This document shows, piece by piece, positions 1-9,910 of a DNA stretch of 43,026 nucleotides. Each line of letters starts with the position of its first letter. Position 1 is the first letter of the stretch. The stretch covers positions 1 through 43,026 of the forward strand of contig JBMFOP010000010.1 of assembly GCA_049969675.1 (NCBI GenBank), written 5' to 3'. The position numbers and the translations under genes were made by a program. Source of the stretch: Myxococcota bacterium (lineage in GTDB: Bacteria; Myxococcota; SpSt-1050). Under the pieces are notes generated by a model. It did no database searches, was not told the DNA's origin, and saw nothing but the letters and a program-made list of their open reading frames with translations.

Positions 1-256
1 ATTACAAATAATCAATTTGTCAAGCCTTTTATTGGGAAAATTAGTGTAGTGAGAAAATTTGATTAAAAGTTAGGAAATTAGAAGGCGTTTTAATTGATAG
101 TGAAGGAAAGGGGGTAACCTGATTTTGAAAATATGGATCCAGAATTCTTATTTTACAAGGGTGAGATTTGTGAGTTTAGATTATTTTGGACAGCAGTGCT
201 GTCTGTTATAAGAAAAACCATTGGATATGGAACGTGCAGATTGTCCATCAAAATCT

Positions 257-1594
257 CTATTCTTCGGGGTCTATTTTTCTATAAATGGTTCTTGTTGCAA
301 TACCGAGGATCTTTGCTGCGAGGTTCTTATTCCCCTTTGTGAGCTTTAGTGTCTCAGAAATTATCATCTTCTCTATCTCTTCAAGGGGTGTCCCAAGTGG
401 TATATTTATCTCTTTCTTTGGTAAGATTCTATCTCTATCAAGTTCTGAGAAATCTTCAATTAATAGTTCATTGCCTTTGCAGAGAACTATTGCCTTCTCT
501 ATCATATTTTGAAGTTCGCGAACATTTCCGGGCCAGCTGTATGCCAGAAGAAGTTCCATCGCCTCATCTGCAATTGCCTTTATCTCTTTGTTGTATTTCT
601 TTGAGAACATATTCAGGAAGTGCATTGCAAGAAGCGGGATGTCTTCAGTTCGTTCTCTGAGTGGTGGTATTCTAATGTTAATAATATTGAGCCTATAATA
701 TAAATCAGAGCGAAATTTACCTTCACTCGCGAGTTGTCCCAGATTTTTATTGGTGGCTGCAATGAATCTTACATCTACCTTTTTTGAACTACCACCAATA
801 ATGTCAATTACCTTGTCTTCAATGACCCTTAAGAGTTTAGCCTGCAGAGGAAGTGGTAATTCGGATATCTCATCCAGTAGCACAGTTCCACCATCAGCAA
901 GTTCAAACTTCCCCTTCTTATCCTTGTCTGCCCCTGTAAATGCACCCCTCGCATAGCCAAACAGTTCACTCTCCAGCAAATTCTCCGGGATGGCTGCACA
1001 ATTGATGGGTATATAGTTTTTCTGGTACCTCGGGCTGATATTGTGGATATATCTTGCCAGAAGGTCTTTGCCTGTACCTGATTCCCCGGTCAAAAGAACA
1101 GTTACTTCGCTCTGTGCAACATTATTTGCCTTTTCAAGCATATCTCTGAAAGCCCTTGAATTCCCAATAAGCTCAGCCCGTTCAAGATTTTTAAGTTTCT
1201 CTCTCAAAATTCTATTCTCATTTATAAGTAATTGACGCTCAAGGGCAAGTCTTGCGATCTTTAATAGCTGACTCCTGTTTACTGGCTTTGTAATAAAGTC
1301 GTAAGCACCTTTCTTAATTGCCTCTATCGCCGTCTCAATTGTGCCGTATGCAGTTATCATAATAAACTGGCAGTCGTATTTTAATTCAATTACCGATTGG
1401 AGGAGCTCCATACCAGAAAGACCGGGAATCATAAGATCAGATATAATGAGGTCAATATTTGAATTGTTCAAAAACTTTAATGCATCATTCCCGTTTGAAG
1501 CAGTTGTTACTTTATATCCCTCTCTTTCAAAGAGCTCTTTTAAGGTATTCTGTAGATTGATATCATCTTCAACTATGAGGATATGTTGTCCCAT
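257..1594 (-). CDS. Sigma54-dependent response regulator (NtrC/AtoC family: REC-AAA+-HTH)
   Basis: REC domain (ILIVEDD...ISDLMIP), Walker A GESGTGKD, GAFTGA loop, WPGNVRELQN, C-terminal Fis-type HTH. Start overlaps the lon 3' end. Confidence 0.95.
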   Translation of the reverse strand: MGQHILIVEDDINLQNTLKELFEREGYKVTTASNGNDALKFLNNSNIDLIISDLMIPGLSGMELLQSVIELKYDCQFIMITAYGTIETAIEAIKKGAYDFITKPVNRSQLLKIARLALERQLLINENRILREKLKNLERAELIGNSRAFRDMLEKANNVAQSEVTVLLTGESGTGKDLLARYIHNISPRYQKNYIPINCAAIPENLLESELFGYARGAFTGADKDKKGKFELADGGTVLLDEISELPLPLQAKLLRVIEDKVIDIIGGSSKKVDVRFIAATNKNLGQLASEGKFRSDLYYRLNIINIRIPPLRERTEDIPLLAMHFLNMFSKKYNKEIKAIADEAMELLLAYSWPGNVRELQNMIEKAIVLCKGNELLIEDFSELDRDRILPKKEINIPLGTPLEEIEKMIISETLKLTKGNKNLAAKILGIATRTIYRKIDPEE

Positions 1595-4041
1595 TTATTT
1601 TCCTGAGATTTATCTCTATTGATAGATGCCTCAACATCTTTGAGAGTAAAGAAATCTCCCGAATTTTTGGTAGTTATATCCATAATAAGTCTTCTGTCAA
1701 ATGCCTCAAGGATTACCTCTTCCATAGTATTTACAGGGATAAATCTGATAGCCTTCCTTATCTCCTCTGGAATCTCTTCAATATCTTTCCGATTCTCATT
1801 TGGGATAATTATTCTGAAGATGCTATTTCTATGAGCAGCAAGAGCCTTTTCTTTTAAGCCACCTATTGGGAGAATCCGTCCGGTCAGGGTAATTTCACCT
1901 GTAAGGGCTGTATCACTTCGTGCAGGTATTCCAAGGATATTGGAGAGCAGGGCGGTTGCAATGGTTATGCCGGCTGATGGCCCATCTTTTGGTGTCGCTC
2001 CCTCAGGTACATGGATATGATAATCACGATTGTTAATATCAGAGATATTGATCCCAAAATGTTCGGCTATTGATTTGATATAACTAAATGCGGCCTGAGC
2101 AGATTCCTTCATTACCTCTCCGAGTTTCCCTGTGATAGTAATATTTCCTTTCCCATTGTAGGATATTACCTCAATCATCAATACATCTCCACCGGTGCTG
2201 GTCCACGCAAGCCCATTTGCTACACCTGCTGGCAGATTTGTTATCTTATTTTCTTTTGTAAATCGTGGTATACCCAGAAAGTTTTTAAGATTGGTAGGTG
2301 ATATCTCGTACAGTTCATCTTTTGCCTTCTCTTTATCTGTCTCCACAATCTGGCGGGCCAGTTTGTGCATAATATTCCCAATCTCTCTCTCAAGATTCCT
2401 TACGCCCGCCTCTCTTGTGTAGAGATGGATGATATCATAAATTGTTTCATCCTTTATATCAATCCTGTATTCCTGAAGCCCATTGAACTTCTGTTGTCTC
2501 GGTATCAGAAATTGTTTTGCAATATGAAGCTTCTCATAATCAGTATATCCGGGGATTCTAATTACCTCCATTCTATCAAGTAGTGGAAGAGGTATGGCAT
2601 CCATATTATTGGCAGTTGTAATGAATAATACCTTTGAAAGGTCGTATCCGAAGTCCAGATAATGGTCGTGGAATGTATTATTCTGCTCCGGGTCAAGGAC
2701 CTCAAGGAGTGCAGCGGCGGGGTCACCTCTATAGTCCTGTGCGAGTTTATCAATCTCATCAATCATAAAGACCGGATTGATAGTCTTTGCCTTTTTCATT
2801 GCAGCAATAATCTTACCGGGTAGTGCACCTATATAAGTCCTTCTATGACCTCTAATCTCCGCCTCATCACGGACACCACCTAATGATATCCTTATAAAAT
2901 TTCTTCCTGTTGCCCTTGCAATAGATTTTCCTAATGAGGTCTTTCCAACTCCAGGGGGCCCTACCAGACATAATATTGGCATCTTTGGATTTTCGCTGAG
3001 CTGCCTGACTGCGAGATAATCAAGTATCTTCTCCTTTACGATGTCAAGTCCATAATGGTCCTCATCCAGAATCCTTTTTGCCTCTTTTATATCCTTCTTC
3101 TCTTCTGAGAGTTCAGTAAATGGGAGGGCAATAATTAAATCCAGATAATTCCTGACCACTGTTGCCTCGGCTGAGGAGGGTGGCATCATCTTTAATTTTG
3201 TAAGTTCCTTTTCTGCCCTTTCCCTTGCCTCTGGAGTGAAAGATTTTTCTTTGATTATCTTCTCAAGCTCCATAATCTCAGCCTTAAAGTCATCCTGAAC
3301 GCCAAGTTCCTTGTTTATAACATCAAGCTGTTCTCTCAGATAATATTCACGTTGATTCTTCTCTATCTGTTTTTTGACCTGGTTCCTGATCTTCTTCTCA
3401 ATGTTGATTATATCTATCTCAGCCTCAATTATTTCGTAGAGTTTTTCAAGTCGCCCCTCAAGAGAGAGTTCTTCAATTAGATACTGTTTGTCCTTAAGAT
3501 TCTTGATGTTTATTGAATTTGCAAGTAAGTACAACACGCGCTCTGGATTGGATTCAAACATAGAGAGAGAAGGAACATCGGTTCTGGGCTTATCAAGGAG
3601 TACATTATATTCTAAATACGCCTTTCTAATCAAATCTATAAGGGCATTGGACCTTTCTGTCAGGTTCTCTTCACTAAGTGGAATCTCATCAATACTAACA
3701 GACCAGCCTGAATCTTTGTGAAGCTCTTTAATTGTGCATCTCTTTAATACCTCAACAACAAGTTTATTTGTCTGTTCTGGCGTCTTAATTACATTTAGTA
3801 TATTTCCGATTACACCTGTTGTGTGGATGGTATCAATAGTTGGTTCATTCTCATCCGGGTTCTTTTGCAGAGACAGGACTATCTTATTTTTATCAACTGG
3901 ATTTGAGCGACTCGTCTCAAATGCATCTATTGAGAGCCTTCTTCCTACGATAATGGAGACAGTTGTAAATGGAAATATTACGATGTCCCTTAATGGAATG
4001 AAAGGAACATTATTATGATTTTTTAATATATTATCAGACAC
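1573..4041 (-). CDS. lon: ATP-dependent Lon protease
   Basis: LON N-domain (PLRDIVIFP), [22 protein letters not shown], catalytic KDGPSAG and GGLKEK. GTG start overlaps the clpX stop. Confidence 0.98.
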   Translation of the reverse strand: MSDNILKNHNNVPFIPLRDIVIFPFTTVSIIVGRRLSIDAFETSRSNPVDKNKIVLSLQKNPDENEPTIDTIHTTGVIGNILNVIKTPEQTNKLVVEVLKRCTIKELHKDSGWSVSIDEIPLSEENLTERSNALIDLIRKAYLEYNVLLDKPRTDVPSLSMFESNPERVLYLLANSINIKNLKDKQYLIEELSLEGRLEKLYEIIEAEIDIINIEKKIRNQVKKQIEKNQREYYLREQLDVINKELGVQDDFKAEIMELEKIIKEKSFTPEARERAEKELTKLKMMPPSSAEATVVRNYLDLIIALPFTELSEEKKDIKEAKRILDEDHYGLDIVKEKILDYLAVRQLSENPKMPILCLVGPPGVGKTSLGKSIARATGRNFIRISLGGVRDEAEIRGHRRTYIGALPGKIIAAMKKAKTINPVFMIDEIDKLAQDYRGDPAAALLEVLDPEQNNTFHDHYLDFGYDLSKVLFITTANNMDAIPLPLLDRMEVIRIPGYTDYEKLHIAKQFLIPRQQKFNGLQEYRIDIKDETIYDIIHLYTREAGVRNLEREIGNIMHKLARQIVETDKEKAKDELYEISPTNLKNFLGIPRFTKENKITNLPAGVANGLAWTSTGGDVLMIEVISYNGKGNITITGKLGEVMKESAQAAFSYIKSIAEHFGINISDINNRDYHIHVPEGATPKDGPSAGITIATALLSNILGIPARSDTALTGEITLTGRILPIGGLKEKALAAHRNSIFRIIIPNENRKDIEEIPEEIRKAIRFIPVNTMEEVILEAFDRRLIMDITTKNSGDFFTLKDVEASINRDKSQENKWDNISS

Positions 4042-5290
4042 TTTTTACATCTCTCCTGCTTAAAATTTCAATTGGATAACCACCGTTTTTTATAATCTCT
4101 TCATCTATTGTTATGGTATTGATTCCTTTTATAGAAGGCAGATAAAACATCGTTTCAAGAAGTGATTTCTCTATTATAGCCCGCAGCCCTCTTGCACCAG
4201 TCCCTTTGTTTATTGCAATTCGTGCTATCTCCTTCAATGCCTTCTCTGTAAATCTCAAAGTGATATTCTCTGCCTCAAATAATTTTATGTATTGTTTAAT
4301 GATAGCATCCTTAGGTTTTGTCAAGACATCAATGAGAGCAGCCTCATCCAGATCATCAACAGTGGCGATTATTGGTAATCTCCCAATAAGTTCAGGGATA
4401 AGACCAAATTTCAGGAGGTCTTCTGTGCTGATATATCGCAGAATATCACCAATTCTTGTATTCTTTTTTGAGATCACCTTAGCGCCAAATCCAGCCGCAC
4501 TGCTTGTAAGCCTCCTTGATATTATATTTTCAATCCCGGCAAAGGCTCCTCCACATATAAATAAAATATTGGTCGTATCAACAGAGATATAATCATGCTG
4601 TGGGTGTTTCCTGCCACCCCTGGGTGGGACATTTGTAATAGTCCCTTCAAGCATCCTTAATAGTGCCTGTTGAACACCCTCGCCCGAGACATCCCTTGTT
4701 ATAGATGGTGAGTCCTCCTTCCGTGCAATCTTGTCAATTTCATCAATATAGACAATTCCTTTCTGTGTCTTAATGATATCTTCATTTGCCTTCATCAGCA
4801 GGGCGTGAATAATATTTTCAACATCATCACCTACATATCCCGCCTCTGTGAGCGTGGTTGCATCTGCAATAGCGAATGGAACTTTTAATATCTTTGCCAA
4901 TGTCTCCGCCAGAAGGGTCTTACCACAACCTGTTGGTCCTACAATAAGTATATTGCTCTTCTGAAATTCAACATCATTATTCTTATCTACTGTTGACTGA
5001 ATTATTCTCCTGTAATGATTGTGAACCGCAACAGATAGAATCTTCTTTGCCCTCTCCTGTCCAATCACATATTCATCAAGAATTGACTTAATCTCCTTTG
5101 GGGTTGGTATATCTGTCATACTGTCATCAAGTGAAGAGTAGGGGTCATAGTCGTCAATAATGGCTTCACACTGGGCTACACACTCATTGCAGATACTTAC
5201 ACCTGGTCCAGATATAAGTTTTTGCACCTCTCTATCACTCTTTCCACAGAAAGAGCAGTAATCATTTCTATTGTACTTACGGTCAGCCAA
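4034..5290 (-). CDS. clpX: ClpX ATPase subunit
   Basis: Zn finger CSFCGK...[36 protein letters not shown] start with GAGGTG SD. Confidence 0.98.
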   Translation of the reverse strand: MADRKYNRNDYCSFCGKSDREVQKLISGPGVSICNECVAQCEAIIDDYDPYSSLDDSMTDIPTPKEIKSILDEYVIGQERAKKILSVAVHNHYRRIIQSTVDKNNDVEFQKSNILIVGPTGCGKTLLAETLAKILKVPFAIADATTLTEAGYVGDDVENIIHALLMKANEDIIKTQKGIVYIDEIDKIARKEDSPSITRDVSGEGVQQALLRMLEGTITNVPPRGGRKHPQHDYISVDTTNILFICGGAFAGIENIISRRLTSSAAGFGAKVISKKNTRIGDILRYISTEDLLKFGLIPELIGRLPIIATVDDLDEAALIDVLTKPKDAIIKQYIKLFEAENITLRFTEKALKEIARIAINKGTGARGLRAIIEKSLLETMFYLPSIKGINTITIDEEIIKNGGYPIEILSRRDVKSV

Positions 5291-5301
5291 TTAGCACCTC
5301 A

Positions 5302-5898
5302 TTATTTGGATGTCTTTCTTGAAGTATAGATGTTGTCAATCAATCTATATGCAAGTGCCTCCTCTGCATTCATAAAATAGTCACGCTCTGTGTCTTTTTC
5401 AACCTTTGCTATATCCATTCCAGTATGTTTTGCAATAATGTTATTCAATGTATGTTTGATCTTAATTATCTCTTTTGCGTGAATCTCTATATCTGTTGCC
5501 TGCCCCTGTACACCTCCAATCGGCTGGTGGATTAATATACGGCTATGAGGAAGGGAGAGCCTTTTGCCTTTTGCGCCGGCACAGAGGAGGATCGCTGCCA
5601 TACTCGCTGCCTGTCCAATACAGATTGTGCTTATATCTGGCTTTACATACTGCATTGTATCATAAATAGCGAGTCCAGATGTCACTGAACCACCCGGGCT
5701 GTTAATATACAAATATATATCTTTATCCGGATCTTCTGATTCAAGAAAGAGTATCTGGGCGATAACAACATTTGCCATATCATCATCAATAGGACCACCT
5801 AAAAATACGACCCTGTCCTTAAGCAGTCTTGAGAATATATCAAAAGAACGTTCGCCCTTATTTGTCTGTTCAATCACAAATGGAATTAATGAACTCAT
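5302..5898 (-). CDS. clpP: ClpP protease proteolytic subunit
   Basis: [42 protein letters not shown] upstream. Confidence 0.98.
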   Translation of the reverse strand: MSSLIPFVIEQTNKGERSFDIFSRLLKDRVVFLGGPIDDDMANVVIAQILFLESEDPDKDIYLYINSPGGSVTSGLAIYDTMQYVKPDISTICIGQAASMAAILLCAGAKGKRLSLPHSRILIHQPIGGVQGQATDIEIHAKEIIKIKHTLNNIIAKHTGMDIAKVEKDTERDYFMNAEEALAYRLIDNIYTSRKTSK

Positions 5899-5910
5899 CT
5901 CTCCTCCAGA

Positions 5911-7143
5911 TTACTCAATGGTTACCCTGGATTCATTGATAAGGAAATCCCTTATCTTTTCAAATTTAAGGCTTTCCTTTACATTGTCAAGCATATTGTT
6001 CTTCTCATAATATGCCTTTACCTTAATTACATTCTCACCACTCTCATCTGCAATCTTTTTGAAATATGCCTCAAGGTCATCATCATTAATATCAATACCT
6101 TCTAACTTTCCTATGGCATCCATAATGAGATATTTTTGAATCTCATAAGTTATATTATCTCTTGCAGAATTCGCAATTGCGTCACGCTCTTCTTTGGAAA
6201 ATTTTCGGTTTGAAGACTCTTCCATATCGTGGACATAACGTTCTACTGAACGTTCAACCATTGATGGCGGAACGGGAAAGGGATTTCTAACAATAATCTC
6301 CTTTATAATACTATCAAATCTTTTCTCTTTTTCCTGATTCTCTTTCTTCTCTCTGATTCTGTCTGTAATATCCTTCTTTAGTGCCTCAACTGATTCCATC
6401 TGCAGATATTTTTTGACAAATTCATCATCAAGTACCGGTCTCTCAATCTTCTTTATCTCATCAATTTTGATTTTCATCTTTTCCTGAGAGTCTTCCGCGA
6501 CATTTACTTCTATTTCATCATTGAGTTTCTTACCATCAAGGGCGTCTATGATAAACTTCTTGGTCTTCTTCTCATTGAGTTCCAGATAGAGGGGCTTCCC
6601 AATCATCTTGGAATCTTTGTGTTCGGTAAGAGTTATTTTTACAACATCTCCTTTCTCTACATTCTCTTTGTTGGCTGGAACTACATTTGAATATCTCTCC
6701 AGAATGTCCTCAATTACATTATTTACCTCATCCTCTGTAACCTCTACCTTCCTGCCCTTTACTTCAATCCCTCTATAGTTTGAAGGTGCAATTACTGGCT
6801 TTACCTCAAAGTGATATTCAAACCTGAGATTCTTTTCATCCATATTATGAGTTGGATTAATCTTTGAGACAATCTCAATTTTATTCTCTTCAATATATTC
6901 TTCAATAAATTCTTTCTCAATTTTATGAATGACATCCTCCTTTATCTCATTACCATAGAGCCTTTCAACTATTGAGCGAGGAACCTTACCCGGTCTGAAC
7001 CCCTTTATGGCAACATTTTTTATGACATCTTTTATTGTCTTCTCAAATTCGTCCTTGTAATATTGAGGGTCAATCTCTACAATAAGTCTCTTCTCAATCT
7101 GGTTAATATCCTCCATCTTTACTTCTTTCGTCTTTACCTTCAT
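5911..7143 (-). CDS. tig: Trigger factor
   Basis: GFRPGKVP ribosome-binding motif and tig-clpP-clpX-lon synteny. Start reassigned to ATG 7143 (AAAGGAG SD) because the ORF-track extension to 7269 runs through tRNA-Leu. Confidence 0.93.
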   Translation of the reverse strand: MKVKTKEVKMEDINQIEKRLIVEIDPQYYKDEFEKTIKDVIKNVAIKGFRPGKVPRSIVERLYGNEIKEDVIHKIEKEFIEEYIEENKIEIVSKINPTHNMDEKNLRFEYHFEVKPVIAPSNYRGIEVKGRKVEVTEDEVNNVIEDILERYSNVVPANKENVEKGDVVKITLTEHKDSKMIGKPLYLELNEKKTKKFIIDALDGKKLNDEIEVNVAEDSQEKMKIKIDEIKKIERPVLDDEFVKKYLQMESVEALKKDITDRIREKKENQEKEKRFDSIIKEIIVRNPFPVPPSMVERSVERYVHDMEESSNRKFSKEERDAIANSARDNITYEIQKYLIMDAIGKLEGIDINDDDLEAYFKKIADESGENVIKVKAYYEKNNMLDNVKESLKFEKIRDFLINESRVTIE

Positions 7144-7174
7144 AGAATCTCCTTTATAAATATTTTTTGATAAG

Positions 7175-7254
7175 TGCGAGAGGGGGGAGTTGAACCCCCA
7201 CGGTTTCCCGCCAGATCCTAAGTCTGGTGCGTCTGCCAGTTCCGCCACTCTCGC
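7175..7254 (-). tRNA. tRNA-Leu (anticodon TAG)
   Basis: Minus strand GCGAGAGTGGCGGAACTGGCAGACGCACCAGAC-TTAGGA-TCTGG...GGTTCAACTCCCCCCTCTCGCA. Acceptor stem GCGAGAG/CTCTCGC, variable arm present, CCA not encoded. Confidence 0.96.
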
Positions 7255-7270
7255 AAAACCACCAATCATA

Positions 7271-7344
7271 CGCGCCCGGCCCGACTCGAACGGGCGGCCT
7301 TCGGATTCGAAGTCCGACGCTCTATCCAGTTGAGCTACGGGCGC
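7271..7344 (-). tRNA. tRNA-Arg (anticodon TCG)
   Basis: Minus strand GCGCCCGTAGCTCAACTGGATAGAGCG-TCGGA-CTTCGAA-TCCGA...GTTCGAGTCGGGCCGGGCGCG. CCA not encoded. Confidence 0.95.
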
Positions 7345-7359
7345 AGCGTCAGAGGAAAA

Positions 7360-7388
7360 TAAATAAATTCAAATTTGCATATTGTCAA
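7360..7388 (-). promoter_or_regulatory. Putative sigma70 promoter of the tRNA-tig-clp-lon block
   Basis: Perfect TTGACA (7388-7383) about 40 nt upstream of tRNA-Arg. The -10 is only weak (TATTTA at 17 nt). Confidence 0.45.
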
Positions 7389-7541
7389 CTTTTTAGAGAC
7401 AAAGTCTCTGATAGGAGAAAAGTTAGAGAATCCTGTTTTTCTCCCAATTAGATTCTTCAGTTGATAATTTTCATATAAAACGGATATAAGATTTTTTCAA
7501 TGATTCTGGTTTTTGACTCCGCCAAATCAGAGATAGAGATT

Positions 7542-7570
7542 TTGATTTTACAAACTGGTCATCATATGAT
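7542..7570 (+). promoter_or_regulatory. Putative sigma70 promoter
   Basis: TTGATT-17 nt-TATGAT upstream of ATG 7603. Confidence 0.45.
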
Positions 7571-7602
7571 ATCAAAAACCATAGTTGTTTTATGAGGCAA
7601 TG

Positions 7603-8283
7603 ATGAAGCGAGGTAGCATAATCGTTTGTATTACACTATTAATTTTTTCTTTTGCTTCTATATCTTTTGCAGGTGAATTTGGTAAGGCAATTAAAAAGGT
7701 AGAGGAGCAATTTGACAATATGGAATATAAAGATTGTTTGAGGACTATAAAAGAATTGGAGCAGTTTAAGTCTGAACTAACAAAGGATGAATTGATCAAC
7801 ATTTATGCATATAAGGCTATGAGTTATATACTTACCAATGAAAATGACCTCGCAGAGGAGGTAATAAGAGACATATATGAGATTGAACCAGATTATATTC
7901 CATCTGAGAGGTGGGCGCCTAAATTGAGAGAGCCATTTTTGAAGATAAGGAGGGAATTTAAGGGCAAGAAGGGAGCTATGCTGGGTAAAGAGAGTGTTAA
8001 TGAGAGAGACAATTCTGCCTCAGAGAGTGTAACAGAGATAGATGCACATATCGCACGAGGTGAAGGGCAAAGGGGGGATGCAGGACAGACTCCCGCTGAA
8101 AGCAAAGGATTTTTTAAGAGCAATCTTTTACCTCTGGGAGGTATATTGGTCGGAGGTCTATCGCTCGCAACCGGAATTGTACTATATGTTGGAGCAAGGA
8201 GTGTGGGGATGATGGGTGTGGAGGGAGTTGTGGAAATTGCAATAATGTCCCATCAGACTATTGTATGGATTCAACTACATTGA
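7603..8283 (+). CDS. Exported TPR-like helical protein, paralog of 14896..15738; 3' end apparently lost at about 8195
   Basis: Signal peptide MKRGSIIVCITLLIFSFASISFA and GAGG SD. Aligns by eye with 14896..15738 (MEYKDCL/MEYEKCL, IYEIEPDY/IYEIDPDF, PKLREPF, FFKSNLLP/FFKKNIIP) until ...GARS, then reads out of frame through another gene's Cys repeat. Confidence 0.7.
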   Translation: MKRGSIIVCITLLIFSFASISFAGEFGKAIKKVEEQFDNMEYKDCLRTIKELEQFKSELTKDELINIYAYKAMSYILTNENDLAEEVIRDIYEIEPDYIPSERWAPKLREPFLKIRREFKGKKGAMLGKESVNERDNSASESVTEIDAHIARGEGQRGDAGQTPAESKGFFKSNLLPLGGILVGGLSLATGIVLYVGARSVGMMGVEGVVEIAIMSHQTIVWIQLH

Positions 8284-9533
8284 GGGATTATACTGGCTTT
8301 TCTAATTGTACTAATTATAAATGTATCTACCCATATACAGATACAAAATGCCCATTTGGTTGCCTCTTTAATAGTTGCAGAAGCTGTCCTTCAACATGGA
8401 GAAAGGACATAAGTGGTATATGGCTTGAAGGAATGGCAATTGATACAGATGGCTCAATATTTGCGGTGGGGAGAAGCAGTTCAGATCTTGGCCTTAAAGA
8501 TGGAGATAAGGTAGTAGTATTAAAAATGGATCCATGTGGTGATTCATTGATAAGAAATGATATTACAAATAATGTAAGGGCTGGTGCATCATCCGTTGTA
8601 ATTGATACCACCTATGCGTATATAGCAGGTTCTCAATGTCCATCAATCAACGCTGGAGATATATGTGATACCTATGCAGCGCGCATCAATAAGAACAATC
8701 TGAGTGTAGTTAATCTATGGAACATATCGGGAACTTCCTCAAGAATAGATTTTATTAAAAAGGTTATCCCGTTTCCAAATGACATACTCTGGGGAGTGGG
8801 GACTGCAAATGATTCAAGTAAAGAGCCATATACAATCCCAAATATAATGATGATGAAGATGAATACAAATTCAGGGCAATATTGTAACTGGAATCCATTT
8901 CCACCGGATGGAGATACCTATGACTATGGGACAGATATAGCATATAATTCTATTGAGGGTAGAGTCTATTTTACAGGAAGAATGAATACCACTGAGGGGT
9001 ATTTATCAAGTTTTCTCATAAGCGATTGTTCATACTCACAACCCTGTAGTTGCAGCCCAACGGGTAATACGGTAAAGATTATATATAATGACCCCAATAT
9101 TTATGCTACACATCCATATTCAATGCTACTTGATTCAAATAATTTTTTTATAACCGGTTTGCTTACTGATCAGGGTGGTTTATGGGAAGGATTTGTTGCA
9201 AAGGTCTCTGGAAACTCGGTTTTGCTCTCTGATAAATTTAAAATGACCCAGAAATATGATGCATTTGCACATATAGGTAATGGCCCATCAGATAATCTTG
9301 TAATAGTCTCAGGTCTTATTGGATATGATGGTTCTTCCTCAGTAGGGTCTGCAACTGGAATAGTATCTGTCTATGATAAGGTTAACTTAAAGCAGGTAGC
9401 CACTTTCTTCCCCTCCAATACAAATATATGTTTTTCTTCAGGGATTGATGCTGGCAGAGGGATAGTATTAGTCTGCGATACCCCCACTGGTGCATCAATA
9501 ATCAGATGTACCTCATCTGGTATCTGTCCATAA
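8265..9533 (+). CDS. Cys-rich extracellular protein with beta-propeller-like domain, 5'-truncated (coding frame extends upstream to about 8196)
   Basis: The same frame upstream of ATG 8265 reads KECGDDGCGGSCGNCNNVPSDYC. No signal peptide and no start codon before the stop at 8115. Repeated blade-like motifs (GMAIDTDGSIFAVG, SVVIDTTYAYIAG, DIAYNSIEGRVYFTG). Confidence 0.7.
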   Translation: MDSTTLRDYTGFSNCTNYKCIYPYTDTKCPFGCLFNSCRSCPSTWRKDISGIWLEGMAIDTDGSIFAVGRSSSDLGLKDGDKVVVLKMDPCGDSLIRNDITNNVRAGASSVVIDTTYAYIAGSQCPSINAGDICDTYAARINKNNLSVVNLWNISGTSSRIDFIKKVIPFPNDILWGVGTANDSSKEPYTIPNIMMMKMNTNSGQYCNWNPFPPDGDTYDYGTDIAYNSIEGRVYFTGRMNTTEGYLSSFLISDCSYSQPCSCSPTGNTVKIIYNDPNIYATHPYSMLLDSNNFFITGLLTDQGGLWEGFVAKVSGNSVLLSDKFKMTQKYDAFAHIGNGPSDNLVIVSGLIGYDGSSSVGSATGIVSVYDKVNLKQVATFFPSNTNICFSSGIDAGRGIVLVCDTPTGASIIRCTSSGICP

Positions 9534-9593
9534 AAATAAGAAAGTGGACTAAAAACAAAAGATTGGTGCTAAAAAATTTAAATTAACCTGATT

Positions 9594-9837
9594 GGCTATA
9601 CCCGACGAAATCCTCAAATGCTTATGCCCGCAAGGTCAATGCAATGCATAAAATTTAATCTCTCAATCAAGAATAAAATTTTTATATTTCTTAGACTGTT
9701 CATACTTTATTTAAGAGTCGTAAAATTTATGCAGTGCGAATCATCTGCTGAACGAAGTGAAGCAGGATGATTCTTTTGTGATTATGCCAAAGGCATCACA
9801 CAATCAAACTAACACCCAAACCTAACTCACGATAGCC
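9594..9837. repeat. Multi-hairpin intergenic element (candidate structured RNA or non-autonomous element)
   Basis: Abutting inverted repeats 9641-9657/9721-9737 (15/17), 9738-9773 and 9776-9803, closed by GGCTAT 9594-9599/ATAGCC 9832-9837. Confidence 0.5.
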
Positions 9838-9860
9838 GAAATTTCCGTGCCGTTTAAGCG

Positions 9861-9884
9861 AAAAGGCGGAGCAATGCTCCGCCT
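9861..9884 (-). terminator. Intrinsic terminator (REP-like hairpin) of the minus-strand surface-protein operon
   Basis: AGGCGGAGC-AAT-GCTCCGCCT perfect 9-bp stem ending in TTTT on the minus strand, about 26 nt after the stop at 9911. Confidence 0.65.
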
Positions 9885-9910
9885 CGTATTTTAACTCCGT
9901 CTAAAATGAA

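Noticed and set aside
7144..7451. N-terminal extension of tig to 7269 and ORF 7227..7451(+)
   Set aside because: Both overlap the tRNA genes, and tig has a good SD-ATG at 7143.
9583..9838. Possible integron attC site
   Set aside because: Ends only loosely match RYYYAAC/GTTRRRY, the span is too long, and there is no integrase or second copy in the window.
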